DNA from: an uncultured Planktotalea sp.
Lineage (GTDB): Bacteria; Pseudomonadota; Alphaproteobacteria; Rhodobacterales; Rhodobacteraceae
Assembly: GCA_965367685.1 (NCBI GenBank)
Contig: CBDUJY010000006.1
Span: 92,773-156,772 of the forward strand
Direction: 5' to 3'
Length of the DNA stretch: 64,000 nucleotides
Under the pieces are notes generated by a model. That model made no database searches and was not told the DNA's origin. It saw only the letters and a program-made list of their open reading frames with translations. Below, in pieces: positions 18,600-26,496 of the stretch (positions within the stretch are counted from its first letter, which is position 1; every line of letters begins with the position of its first letter). Made by a program: the position numbers and the translations under genes.

Positions 18600-18617
18600 T
18601 TTTGCAAATTTGCAAAA
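18600..18617. promoter_or_regulatory. Perfect 18-bp palindrome TTTTGCAAATTTGCAAAA in the mmsA / LysR divergent region
   Basis: Read directly from the sequence. About 77 nt upstream of the mmsA ATG and 104 nt upstream of the LysR ATG. Candidate LTTR operator. Confidence 0.5.
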
Positions 18618-18640
18618 TGAGGGGTGGGTGGAAAAAGGGA

Positions 18641-18704
18641 GGGGCGTTGCCCCTCGGCTTACAGCCTCACCCCAGGATATTTGAAGAAAGAGGAAAAGGG
18701 CAGG
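18641..18704. repeat. Dispersed intergenic repeat, copy C (hairpin + one arm)
   Basis: GGGGCGTTGCCCC..CACCCCAGGATATTTGAAGAAAGAGGAAAAGGG, nearly collinear with the left part of copy A. Lies in the mmsA/LysR divergent region. Confidence 0.75.
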
Positions 18705-18720
18705 AGGGGGCGCGCGCGAT

Positions 18721-19632
18721 ATGGACTGGGATGATCTAAAGGTGTTTTTGGCGGTGGCGCGCGGCGAAAGCCTGTCGCGGGCGGGCAAAACGCTGCGGCG
18801 GGATGCGGCCACGGTGGGGCGGCGGGTGTCAAAGCTTGAGGCGGATTTGAACGCGCGGCTGTTTATGAAATCGCCCCAAGGGTATGCGTTGACCGAAGCG
18901 GGATCGCGGTTGTTGGCCCATGCGGAACGGGCCGAGCAGGCGGTTTTATCTGGCGCGGATGAGCTTAAGGGGCAATCGGGGCAGCTGTCTGGGCAGGTGC
19001 GTATTGGGGCCACGGATGGCTGTGCCAGTTATATCCTGCCGCAGGTTTGCGCGCGCATTCAGCGCGATCATCCAGAGCTGGAGTTGCAAATTGTCGCGCT
19101 GCCGCGGGTGATCAACCTGTCAAAGCGTGAGGCGGATATGGCGATCACCGTCAGCCCGCCGCAAGCTGGGCGACTGACGGTGCAGCGGGTGACGGATTAC
19201 CATCTGCATCTGGCGGCCAGTGCGGATTATTTGCGTGATGCGCCGCCGCTGGAGCGGTTAGAGGATCTGCGCGACCACCCGATTGTGGGCTATATCCAAG
19301 ACATGATTTTCTATCCTGAACTGGATTTCCTGACCAAACTGGGCATTGACCGGGTGCAGCTTGCTTCAAACCTTGTGGCGGTCCAACTGGGCATGGTGCG
19401 GGAAGGGGGCGGGGTGGGGATCACCCATGATTTCATCCTGCCGTTCGCACCAGAGCTGAGGCGCGTTCTGACAGATGCGCTGTCGATTACCCGGTCCTTT
19501 TACCTTGTGCGCCACGAAGGGGATGCGCGGGTGGAACGCTTTCACCGTGTCGCGGAAGAGCTGGCACAGGGCATCCGCGACGAAGTGGCCCGATTAGAGG
19601 GATTGGTGCCCGCTAAAGTGTCCCGCCTTTAA
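18721..19632 (+). CDS. LysR family transcriptional regulator (divergent from mmsA)
   Basis: 303 aa. N-terminal MDWDDLKVFLAVARGESLSRAGKTLRRDAATVGRRVSKLE, an LTTR HTH. Confidence 0.9.
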   Translation: MDWDDLKVFLAVARGESLSRAGKTLRRDAATVGRRVSKLEADLNARLFMKSPQGYALTEAGSRLLAHAERAEQAVLSGADELKGQSGQLSGQVRIGATDGCASYILPQVCARIQRDHPELELQIVALPRVINLSKREADMAITVSPPQAGRLTVQRVTDYHLHLAASADYLRDAPPLERLEDLRDHPIVGYIQDMIFYPELDFLTKLGIDRVQLASNLVAVQLGMVREGGGVGITHDFILPFAPELRRVLTDALSITRSFYLVRHEGDARVERFHRVAEELAQGIRDEVARLEGLVPAKVSRL

Positions 19633-19770
19633 CCTGAGGCCGGGAAAAGGCGCGGCGGAACCTCTCATGTTTGTGGCGGAATGCGTTAACTGACGGATGC
19701 CGCTTGACATATTGTTGCTTTAGGGGTGACGCTGGGGACATAAAATAAATTCACATCCAGGAGGGCCACC

Positions 19771-20205
19771 ATGCTCGTCAGCCAAATTCTTCAAGACAAA
19801 TCCATCGAAGGAGTGGCCTTTGTTCAGCCCGGATCCACCGTGGGCGATGCGGTCAAGATGTTGTCGGACAAGAAAATCGGCGCGGTGATTGTGTCGAAAG
19901 ACGGTGTGCATCCGGCCGGCATCCTGTCGGAACGTGACGTGGTGGGCGCGTTGGGGGCCCAAGGCACCGGCTGTCTGAATGATCCCGTCGACAGCATTAT
20001 GACCGCAAAGCTGATCAGCTGTAAGCCGGGCGACCGTGCCATTCAGGTGCTGCAAACCATGACCGAAAAGCGCTTTCGCCACATGCCGGTGATGGAGGGC
20101 GACGAAATGGTTGGGTTGGTGTCCATTGGCGACGTGGTCAAGGCGCGCCTGGATGAGCTGAGCCAACAGGCGGATGCGCTGAAAAACATGATCATGGGCT
20201 ACTGA
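19771..20205 (+). CDS. CBS domain pair protein
   Basis: 144 aa with two CBS repeats (IGAVIVSKDG..GILSERDV; RHMPVMEGDEMVGLVSIGDVV). GGAGGG RBS. Confidence 0.85.
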   Translation: MLVSQILQDKSIEGVAFVQPGSTVGDAVKMLSDKKIGAVIVSKDGVHPAGILSERDVVGALGAQGTGCLNDPVDSIMTAKLISCKPGDRAIQVLQTMTEKRFRHMPVMEGDEMVGLVSIGDVVKARLDELSQQADALKNMIMGY

Positions 20206-20330
20206 TCCCCCGCGAAGACCGCGTTCAAACGCATTTGGTGCCGCTACGTAGAAACACGTATCGGCGCCAAAACACTTGTAAAACCACGCGCAATATTGTT
20301 GCGTGCGCCGGGTAAACAGGAGACACAGAT

Positions 20331-20822
20331 ATGCGCGTTGGTCTTTACCCCGGAACATTTGATCCGATCACCCTTGGGCACACCGACATCATCCGCCGTG
20401 GCTGTGCGCTGGTGGATCGTTTGGTGATTGGCGTGGCGATCAACACCGGCAAGGGGCCGATGTTTTCGCTTGAGGAACGGGTTGCGATGGTCGAGGCGGA
20501 ATGCGCCAAACTGTCAGCTGAAACCGGAACCGAGATCATCGCCCATCCGTTTGAAAACCTCTTGATCCATTGCGCCAAAGACGTGGGCGCCCAGATCATC
20601 ATCCGTGGCCTGCGGGCTGTGACGGATTTTGAGTATGAATATCAGATGGTTGGCATGAACCGCGCAATGGACAGCTCGGTTGAAACCGTGTTCCTGATGG
20701 CCGAGGCGAAATATCAGGCGATTGCGTCCAAACTGGTGAAAGAGATTGCCAAGCTTGATGGGGACGTGTCGAAATTTGTCACCCCAGAGGTCAAAGATCG
20801 GTTGCTCGCCAAGATTGGGTGA
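20331..20822 (+). CDS. coaD: Pantetheine-phosphate adenylyltransferase
   Basis: 163 aa. YPGTFDPITLGHTDII motif. Confidence 0.93.
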   Translation: MRVGLYPGTFDPITLGHTDIIRRGCALVDRLVIGVAINTGKGPMFSLEERVAMVEAECAKLSAETGTEIIAHPFENLLIHCAKDVGAQIIIRGLRAVTDFEYEYQMVGMNRAMDSSVETVFLMAEAKYQAIASKLVKEIAKLDGDVSKFVTPEVKDRLLAKIG

Positions 20823-20915
20823 GCGGAGCCAGCGCGGGGACCTGAGCGTGTCAGGCGTGTTCAGAGTGTTTGATTGCGCGCCATTTCCCCCCAAATGACC
20901 AGCAACGGACAGACA

Positions 20916-21464
20916 TCATGGGTGTGCCTGGGGCGGGTTCCAAACATAAAACACTTCCCCCTCTTCACGCCTAACCTCATGAAACCCCAGACGTTTCAAC
21001 AGGCCTTGCGACGCAAGATTTCCCACCTCTGTGTCCGCGACAAAGCGGGTGACGTTGTGCGCTTGACCCAACACGTGCATCGTCTTTTCCACCGCAATCT
21101 GCGCCACGCCTTTCCCCCAAACCTCGGGTGAAAGCACATATGCGATGCTTGCGGTGGTGATGCCTGATGCGGCATCCATTGTCACCGTTGCTTGCGTATA
21201 GCCAACGATGTTTCCACTCGCCGACCCACCCAGAAACACAGACCAGTTCAACCAGATTTCCCGCCCGTCAGCGGGGCCAGCAGACACGCGGCGGATGTGA
21301 TCCTCAACCGCTTTGACAGATATTGGTGGCGCCTCATCCAGATGCGTGTAAATGCGCGGATCGGACAAGGCGGCAAACAGCCCCGGCGCGTGATCGGGCA
21401 CCTGCAAGACCAGCGAAATCTCGGCAGGATGTGTGCAAATGCGGGACAAGGGGGCATGTGTCAT
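20916..21464 (-). CDS. GNAT family N-acetyltransferase
   Basis: Track ORF 20916..21518 trimmed to MTHAPL because the gap terminator hairpin (21502-31) lies inside the longer version. GNAT-like core VWGKGVAQIAVEKTMHVL..LKRLGF. Confidence 0.7.
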   Translation of the reverse strand: MTHAPLSRICTHPAEISLVLQVPDHAPGLFAALSDPRIYTHLDEAPPISVKAVEDHIRRVSAGPADGREIWLNWSVFLGGSASGNIVGYTQATVTMDAASGITTASIAYVLSPEVWGKGVAQIAVEKTMHVLGQAHNVTRFVADTEVGNLASQGLLKRLGFHEVRREEGEVFYVWNPPQAHP

Positions 21465-21501
21465 TCCCCCATCATAGGGCCAATCGGGGCCTGAGACCCA
21501 C

Positions 21502-21531
21502 AAAAAAAGGCCCCGCAATCAGGGCCTTTTC
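21502..21531 (-). terminator. Rho-independent terminator of gap copy 1
   Basis: Minus strand reads AAAGGCCC-tgattgcg-GGGCCTTTTTTTG, about 25 nt after the gap stop. Confidence 0.8.
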
Positions 21532-21556
21532 TTTAGCTTTAATAAGGCCTTAGGTA

Positions 21557-22555
21557 TTACAGGAACTTCCCCATCAAGGCGGCCGTGTCCAGCATCCGAC
21601 AGCTAAAGCCCCATTCATTGTCATACCACGTCAGGATCCGCACCATATTGCCATCCAGAACCTTGGTCTGATCAATGGCAAAGTTCGATGAATGCGGATC
21701 GTGGTTGAAATCGGTGGACACCAGCGGGCGGTCAACAATATCCAGCACACCTTTCAGCGGGCCATTGGCGGCGGCGATGGCGGCGGCGTTGATCTCTTCC
21801 GCCGTGGTGTCACGCGCCGCTTCAAAGGTCAGGTCAACACAAGACACATTCGGTGTGGGCACGCGGATCGCAACACCGTCCAGCTTGCCTGCCAGTTCTG
21901 GCAATACCAAACCCACAGCGCGCGCCGCCCCCGTGGTGGTGGGGATCATCGACATGGCGGCCGCCCGTGCGCGGTAAAAGTCGCTGTGCAGCGTGTCCAG
22001 CGTCGGCTGATCTCCGGTGTAAGAATGGATGGTGGTCATAAAGCCCTTGTTGATGCCAACCGCATCATTCAACACCTTCACAACCGGGGCCAGACAATTG
22101 GTGGTGCAGGACGCGTTGGACACATGGATGTCCTTTGCCGTCAGCGTGTCGTGGTTCACCCCGTACACGATGGTTTTATCCGCACCAGCGGATGGCGCCG
22201 AAACCAACACGCGTTTTGAGCCATTGCCCAAATGGACCTTGGCCTTGTCGCCTTTGAAAATACCGGTGCATTCCAGCACGATATCCACATTGCCCCAGGG
22301 CAAATCATCGGGATTGCGAATGGCGGTCACTTTGATTTTGCCAGCGCCTGCGTCAATCCAATCCTCGCCATGGGTGACGTGGTTTGGGAAACGGCCATGC
22401 ACGCTGTCAAATTGCAGCAGATGCGCGTTCATCTCGACCGGTCCCAGATCGTTGATCGCGACCACTTCGATGTCATCGCGGCCCTGTTCAAACACGGCGC
22501 GCAACACCAGACGGCCGATCCGGCCAAACCCATTGATTGCCACTTTAACCGTCAT
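21557..22555 (-). CDS. gap: Type I glyceraldehyde-3-phosphate dehydrogenase, copy 1
   Basis: 332 aa. MTVKVAINGFGRIGR, active site SNASCTTNCLAP, WYDNEWGF. Confidence 0.95.
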   Translation of the reverse strand: MTVKVAINGFGRIGRLVLRAVFEQGRDDIEVVAINDLGPVEMNAHLLQFDSVHGRFPNHVTHGEDWIDAGAGKIKVTAIRNPDDLPWGNVDIVLECTGIFKGDKAKVHLGNGSKRVLVSAPSAGADKTIVYGVNHDTLTAKDIHVSNASCTTNCLAPVVKVLNDAVGINKGFMTTIHSYTGDQPTLDTLHSDFYRARAAAMSMIPTTTGAARAVGLVLPELAGKLDGVAIRVPTPNVSCVDLTFEAARDTTAEEINAAAIAAANGPLKGVLDIVDRPLVSTDFNHDPHSSNFAIDQTKVLDGNMVRILTWYDNEWGFSCRMLDTAALMGKFL

Positions 22556-22591
22556 ATGTCTGATCCTTTGTCATCTGGGAAGTGCTATAAA

Positions 22592-22605
22592 TGCTAGCGC
22601 TAACA
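22592..22605. promoter_or_regulatory. LacI-family-operator-like near-palindrome TGCTAGCGCTAACA upstream of gap copy 1
   Basis: Read directly from the sequence, 37 nt upstream of the ATG. Only one base pair breaks the 14-bp (16-bp with flanks) dyad. Related sites occur upstream of gap copy 2. Confidence 0.45.
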
Positions 22606-22729
22606 TGTGCATTTTGGGAAAAAGGTCAAGCGAAACCGACAAGAGGGTGGGAAATAGCGGGGCAATTGCGCGACCTGTGACCCGTTCGGGACACACTCCT
22701 CGCCACGCCCCCTTTTTGACGCGGTGGAT

Positions 22730-22873
22730 CTAGCGCCAAAAGGCCAGCCATTCGGTGAACGCCATGAATTTCTTGGCCAAAAACAGCGACCCAACACCTG
22801 CATTCAACATAAAATCCAGCCCAAACATGCCGAGGATAATTAGGGCAAGGACGATGGCGATGGGGTTGGTCAC
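22730..22873 (-). CDS. Possible 47-aa hydrophobic small protein between the two gap genes
   Basis: My own translation, GTG start: VTNPIAIVLALIILGMFGLDFMLNAGVGSLFLAKKFMAFTEWLAFWR*. GGAGAA RBS about 7 nt upstream. Below the track's apparent length cutoff (shortest listed ORF is 60 aa). Confidence 0.35.
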   Translation of the reverse strand: MTNPIAIVLALIILGMFGLDFMLNAGVGSLFLAKKFMAFTEWLAFWR

Positions 22874-22993
22874 AAATATTCTCCGGTCACGGGCCTCTTA
22901 GATGCGCATAGTTTCGCAGTGTTGCCCTGCGGGGGCAAGGGGGGCGTTGATGTTGGCGCACCGGGGCCTTTCTGGGGCACAAACTGGGCGCAT

Positions 22994-23031
22994 AAAAAAG
23001 CCCCGGTGCATCGCTGCGCCGGGGCTTTTTG
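22994..23031 (-). terminator. Rho-independent (bidirectional-looking) terminator of gap copy 2
   Basis: AAAAAGCCCCGG-12 nt-CCGGGGCTTTTT, 16 nt after the stop of gap copy 2. Confidence 0.85.
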
Positions 23032-23046
23032 CAATATGTGAGGGGC

Positions 23047-24045
23047 TTAAAGGCTGCCCATTTTCACGGCCAGATCGGCCATGCGGGTCGAGAAGCCCCA
23101 TTCGTTGTCGTACCAACCAAGCACCCGCACCAGACGTTTGCCGGTGACTTTGGTCTGATCCGCGGCAAAGATGGCGCTTTCTTCTGAATGGTTGAAGTCA
23201 ACCGACACCAGCTCTTCGTCGTTATAGCCAAGCACGCCTTTCATGGCGCCTTCGCTAGCCTCTTTCATGACCGCGTTCACCTCGTCCAGCGTCACATCGC
23301 GTTCCGCCACAAAGGTCAGATCCACGGCGGAAACATTTGGTGTGGGAACACGCACGGCGGATCCATCCAGCTTGCCCTTAAGGGCCGGAAGCACCTCGCC
23401 CAAAGCGGCGGCCGCCCCGGTTGAGGTCGGGATCATCGACATCGCGGCCGCCCGCGCGCGGTAAAGGTCTTTGTGACGACGGTCCAAAGTTGGCTGATCA
23501 CCGGTGTAGGCGTGGATTGTGGTCATAATGCCGCTGTCGATGCCAAAGGCATTGTGCAGAACCTTGGCCATCGGCGCCAAACAGTTGGTGGTGCAAGACC
23601 CGTTGGAAATCATCACGTCATCGGCGGTCAGGCCGTCATCATTCACACCGTAAACGATGGTTTTCTGCACGTTTTTGGCGGGCGCAGAAATCAGCACCTT
23701 TTTGGCACCCTGCACAATGTGCTGCTGCGCCTTGTCGCCGTCGTTGAAATTGCCGGTGCATTCCAGAACCACATCAACGCCAGACCAATCCAGCTCTTCC
23801 ATATTATAGGTCGACATCATCTGCATCGGGCCTTGGCCCACATCCATCGTGCCGTCACCCAGGGTGATTTCGTTCGGAAAACGCCCATGCACCGAGTCAT
23901 ATTTCAGCAGGTGTTTTGCTGTGTCCAGCGGCCCGGTGGCGTTCACTTTGACAACTTGAATGTCTGTGCGTCCAGACGCTGCGATTTGTGACAATGTGCA
24001 GCGGCCGATGCGACCAAAACCATTGATACCGACTTTAACGGTCAT
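23047..24045 (-). CDS. gap: Type I glyceraldehyde-3-phosphate dehydrogenase, copy 2 (paralog)
   Basis: 332 aa. MTVKVGINGFGRIGR, SNGSCTTNCLAP, WYDNEWGF. Clearly diverged from copy 1 in the N-terminal third. Confidence 0.93.
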   Translation of the reverse strand: MTVKVGINGFGRIGRCTLSQIAASGRTDIQVVKVNATGPLDTAKHLLKYDSVHGRFPNEITLGDGTMDVGQGPMQMMSTYNMEELDWSGVDVVLECTGNFNDGDKAQQHIVQGAKKVLISAPAKNVQKTIVYGVNDDGLTADDVMISNGSCTTNCLAPMAKVLHNAFGIDSGIMTTIHAYTGDQPTLDRRHKDLYRARAAAMSMIPTSTGAAAALGEVLPALKGKLDGSAVRVPTPNVSAVDLTFVAERDVTLDEVNAVMKEASEGAMKGVLGYNDEELVSVDFNHSEESAIFAADQTKVTGKRLVRVLGWYDNEWGFSTRMADLAVKMGSL

Positions 24046-24157
24046 CGAATTACCCCTTGAGTTCCGGACCGCTCCCCGCGGCCCTATAGAGACGTTGCGC
24101 CGGGTATAGACGGGCAGGCGGGGCGGTCCAACTCGGAAAACGCGATTGCTGCCAGCT

Positions 24158-24190
24158 TGTTAGCGAAAACATGATGTGTTAGCGCAAACC
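24158..24190. promoter_or_regulatory. Two operator-like sites, TGTTAGCGAAAACA (24158-71) and TGTTAGCGCAAACC (24177-90), upstream of gap copy 2
   Basis: Both share the TGTTAGCG half with the reverse-complement reading (TGTTAGCGCTAGCA) of the 22592-22605 site. They lie 113-145 nt upstream of the gap copy 2 ATG. Confidence 0.4.
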
Positions 24191-24365
24191 CGCAGACACC
24201 CCCAGAACGCGAAAGTGCATTCGTTAAATATATTGGGGCGCAAACATTCACGAAGTTGCGCCCGCAACCGGGTGATTTGGGATCAAATGCTTGCGGGTGC
24301 GCACACAATCGTTAGGATTCGCGCCATCACAGTTGCGGATCAGCACAAGAGCAGGAAGAAATGAC

Positions 24366-25328
24366 ATGAGCGGTTTAATTGCCCTACTGGATGACGTGGC
24401 CGGAATCGCCAAAGTCGCCGCCGCCTCGGTGGATGATGTGGCCACCCAAGCCGTAAAAGCAGGCGCCAAAGCGGCGGGCGCGGTGATTGATGACGCCGCC
24501 GTGACCCCGAAATACGTGCAAGGCTTTGCCCCCGCGCGCGAGCTGCCCATTATTGGCCGTATCGCCTGGGGCTCGATCAAAAATAAAATGCTGATCCTCT
24601 TGCCCACCGCGCTTTTGCTCTCAACCTTCGCGCCGTGGCTGATCGCGCCGCTGTTGATGCTGGGCGGGGCGTATCTGTGCTTTGAGGGCGCAGAAAAGGT
24701 TTGGCATGTGCTCTTTCCGTCCGATCACACATGGGACCACGCCGAGCATACAGAAGGCGACCCCGCACATCTTGAAGAAAGCAAAATCGCCGGTGCCATC
24801 AAAACCGACTTTATCCTGTCGGCAGAAATCATGACCATCATCCTCTCCGCCCTGCCGGACGGATCAATTTACGCCAAAGCGGGCGGGCTGGCCATCGCAG
24901 GCATCGGCATCACCGTGCTGGTGTACGGCGCGGTCGCGCTGATCGTGAAAATGGATGACTTTGGCCTGCTGCTCGCGCGCAAAGGCCGCATGACACTCAC
25001 CCGGCGCTTTGGCACGGGCCTCGTGCGGTTTATGCCCACACTGATGAAGCTGTTGATGATCATCGGCACCGCCGCCATGATCTGGGTCGGCGGATCCATC
25101 ATCATCCACGGGCTGCACGAACTGGGACTGCACTGGCCGTATGAACCGATCCACCACATCGCCGAAAACGCGGCCCATCTGGTTCCACGCTTTGCAGGCT
25201 TCGTCACATGGGCCGTGACCGCCGCCCTTGATGGCGTGTTTGGCTTGATCCTCGGGGTGATGATCATCCCCCTCGCCACCCGCGTCATCGCCCCCATTTG
25301 GGCCGCCGTGTTCAAAGGCAAAGCCTGA
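24366..25328 (+). CDS. DUF808 (YedI-like) inner-membrane protein
   Basis: Trimmed to MSGLIALLDDVAGIAKVAAASVDDV, the characteristic DUF808 N-terminus. AGGAAG RBS. Multiple TM helices. Confidence 0.8.
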   Translation: MSGLIALLDDVAGIAKVAAASVDDVATQAVKAGAKAAGAVIDDAAVTPKYVQGFAPARELPIIGRIAWGSIKNKMLILLPTALLLSTFAPWLIAPLLMLGGAYLCFEGAEKVWHVLFPSDHTWDHAEHTEGDPAHLEESKIAGAIKTDFILSAEIMTIILSALPDGSIYAKAGGLAIAGIGITVLVYGAVALIVKMDDFGLLLARKGRMTLTRRFGTGLVRFMPTLMKLLMIIGTAAMIWVGGSIIIHGLHELGLHWPYEPIHHIAENAAHLVPRFAGFVTWAVTAALDGVFGLILGVMIIPLATRVIAPIWAAVFKGKA

Positions 25329-25387
25329 CCCCTTTTTCTTGCTGAAAAGACCTCGGGGTGAGCGCACAGCGCGAGGGGCAGCGCCCC
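25329..25387. repeat. Dispersed intergenic repeat, copy D (one arm + hairpin)
   Basis: CCCCTTTTTCTTGCTGAAAAGACCTCGGGG..GGGGCAGCGCCCC fills the whole gap between the DUF808 and EamA stops. Confidence 0.75.
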
Positions 25388-26239
25388 TTACTTTTTCGAT
25401 CTTTGCAACAAAAACAACCCGCTGCCCACAATCACCGCGCTGCCCAATAACGTCATCATATCCGGGCGCTCGCCAAAAAATGTGACCCCAATGACCAGCG
25501 CAAAGAGCAACCGGGAATAGCGAAACGGCGTGACCACCGACACGTCCCCCACCCGCATCGCGCGGGTCAGCGCGGTATAGGCGACAACCCCCACAACGGT
25601 CGCCAACCCAACATAACCCCAGCTTGCCAAAGTCATCGGTTTAACCCCGCCAAAGCCGATCAGCACCAATCCAGCGGCGGTCAAAACCGCAAACCCCGCC
25701 ACCCCCAATTGCGCCGCTGACATCGACACCGGGCTTGCGCGGGTGGCCAAATCGCGCCCGGCAAAGCCCAACAGACCCAAGACCGCAAAAATCGACAAAG
25801 GATCAAACGCATCCAATCCGGGGCGCAGGATCATCAACACGCCGATAAACCCGGCAGAGATTGCCATCCACCGCCGCCAACCGACCCGTTCGCCAAACAC
25901 AAAAACCGCGCCCAAAGCCACCACCAAAGGCGTGGCTTGCAAGATCGCCGAGGCGCTTGAAATCGGCGTCAGCGCAATCGCCAATGCAAAGAACAACCGC
26001 CCGCCAATTTCAAAAGTTGAACGAATAATCAACACTTTCGACAGCAGATCCGGATGTAAAATCCGTTCCCCCTGCGCGCGCGCCGTTAAGGCAAAAACCA
26101 CCAATCCCAGGGCGCCAAACAGCGCCACCGCCTGACCAATCGGAATGTCACGGGCGGCGGCCTTTAGGGCCATATCCTCCAGCGCAAATAATCCCATTGC
26201 GAACATCATGAAAAGCGCGCCGCGCATATTGTCGGACAT
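25388..26239 (-). CDS. DMT superfamily (EamA-like) transporter
   Basis: Trimmed to MSDNMRGALFMMFAMGLFALEDM. About 10 TM helices with a two-EamA-repeat architecture. Confidence 0.85.
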   Translation of the reverse strand: MSDNMRGALFMMFAMGLFALEDMALKAAARDIPIGQAVALFGALGLVVFALTARAQGERILHPDLLSKVLIIRSTFEIGGRLFFALAIALTPISSASAILQATPLVVALGAVFVFGERVGWRRWMAISAGFIGVLMILRPGLDAFDPLSIFAVLGLLGFAGRDLATRASPVSMSAAQLGVAGFAVLTAAGLVLIGFGGVKPMTLASWGYVGLATVVGVVAYTALTRAMRVGDVSVVTPFRYSRLLFALVIGVTFFGERPDMMTLLGSAVIVGSGLFLLQRSKK

Positions 26240-26312
26240 TGGGGTTCTGATCCTTCGGTTCTGACCGAACGACCGGCCCAAAGGGGACAAAACGCCAAAA
26301 CATCAAAACTGT

Positions 26313-26414
26313 AAACAGTTTAAAGTTTCGCGGAATGTTCCCTTTAAAGAGTTTAAAGTTTCGGGTCTGAAAACGTTAAACAGTTTAAAGTTTTGCGAAA
26401 TCGACCTTTAAAGA
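26313..26414. repeat. Phased AT-rich repeats: GTTTAAAGTTT x3 (26318, 26351, 26383) and CCTTTAAAGA x2 (26341, 26405)
   Basis: Read directly from the sequence. Two roughly 37-bp direct repeats (AACAGTTTAAAGTTTyGCGrAAT..CCTTTAAAGA) flank a half unit; spacing is 32-33 bp. Lies upstream of the EamA gene and downstream of the tkt terminator. Confidence 0.7.
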
Positions 26415-26443
26415 AAACGCCCCGCCAAAAAGACGGGGCGTTT
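26415..26443 (-). terminator. Rho-independent terminator of tkt
   Basis: AAACGCCCCG-9 nt-CGGGGCGTTT. On the minus strand it is followed by a T-rich stretch (TTCTTT). Confidence 0.75.
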
Positions 26444-26496
26444 CGATGGGTTTCCAATTTCGGACGGGTCAGAACTCCCCCGAAATCTGATTGCGC

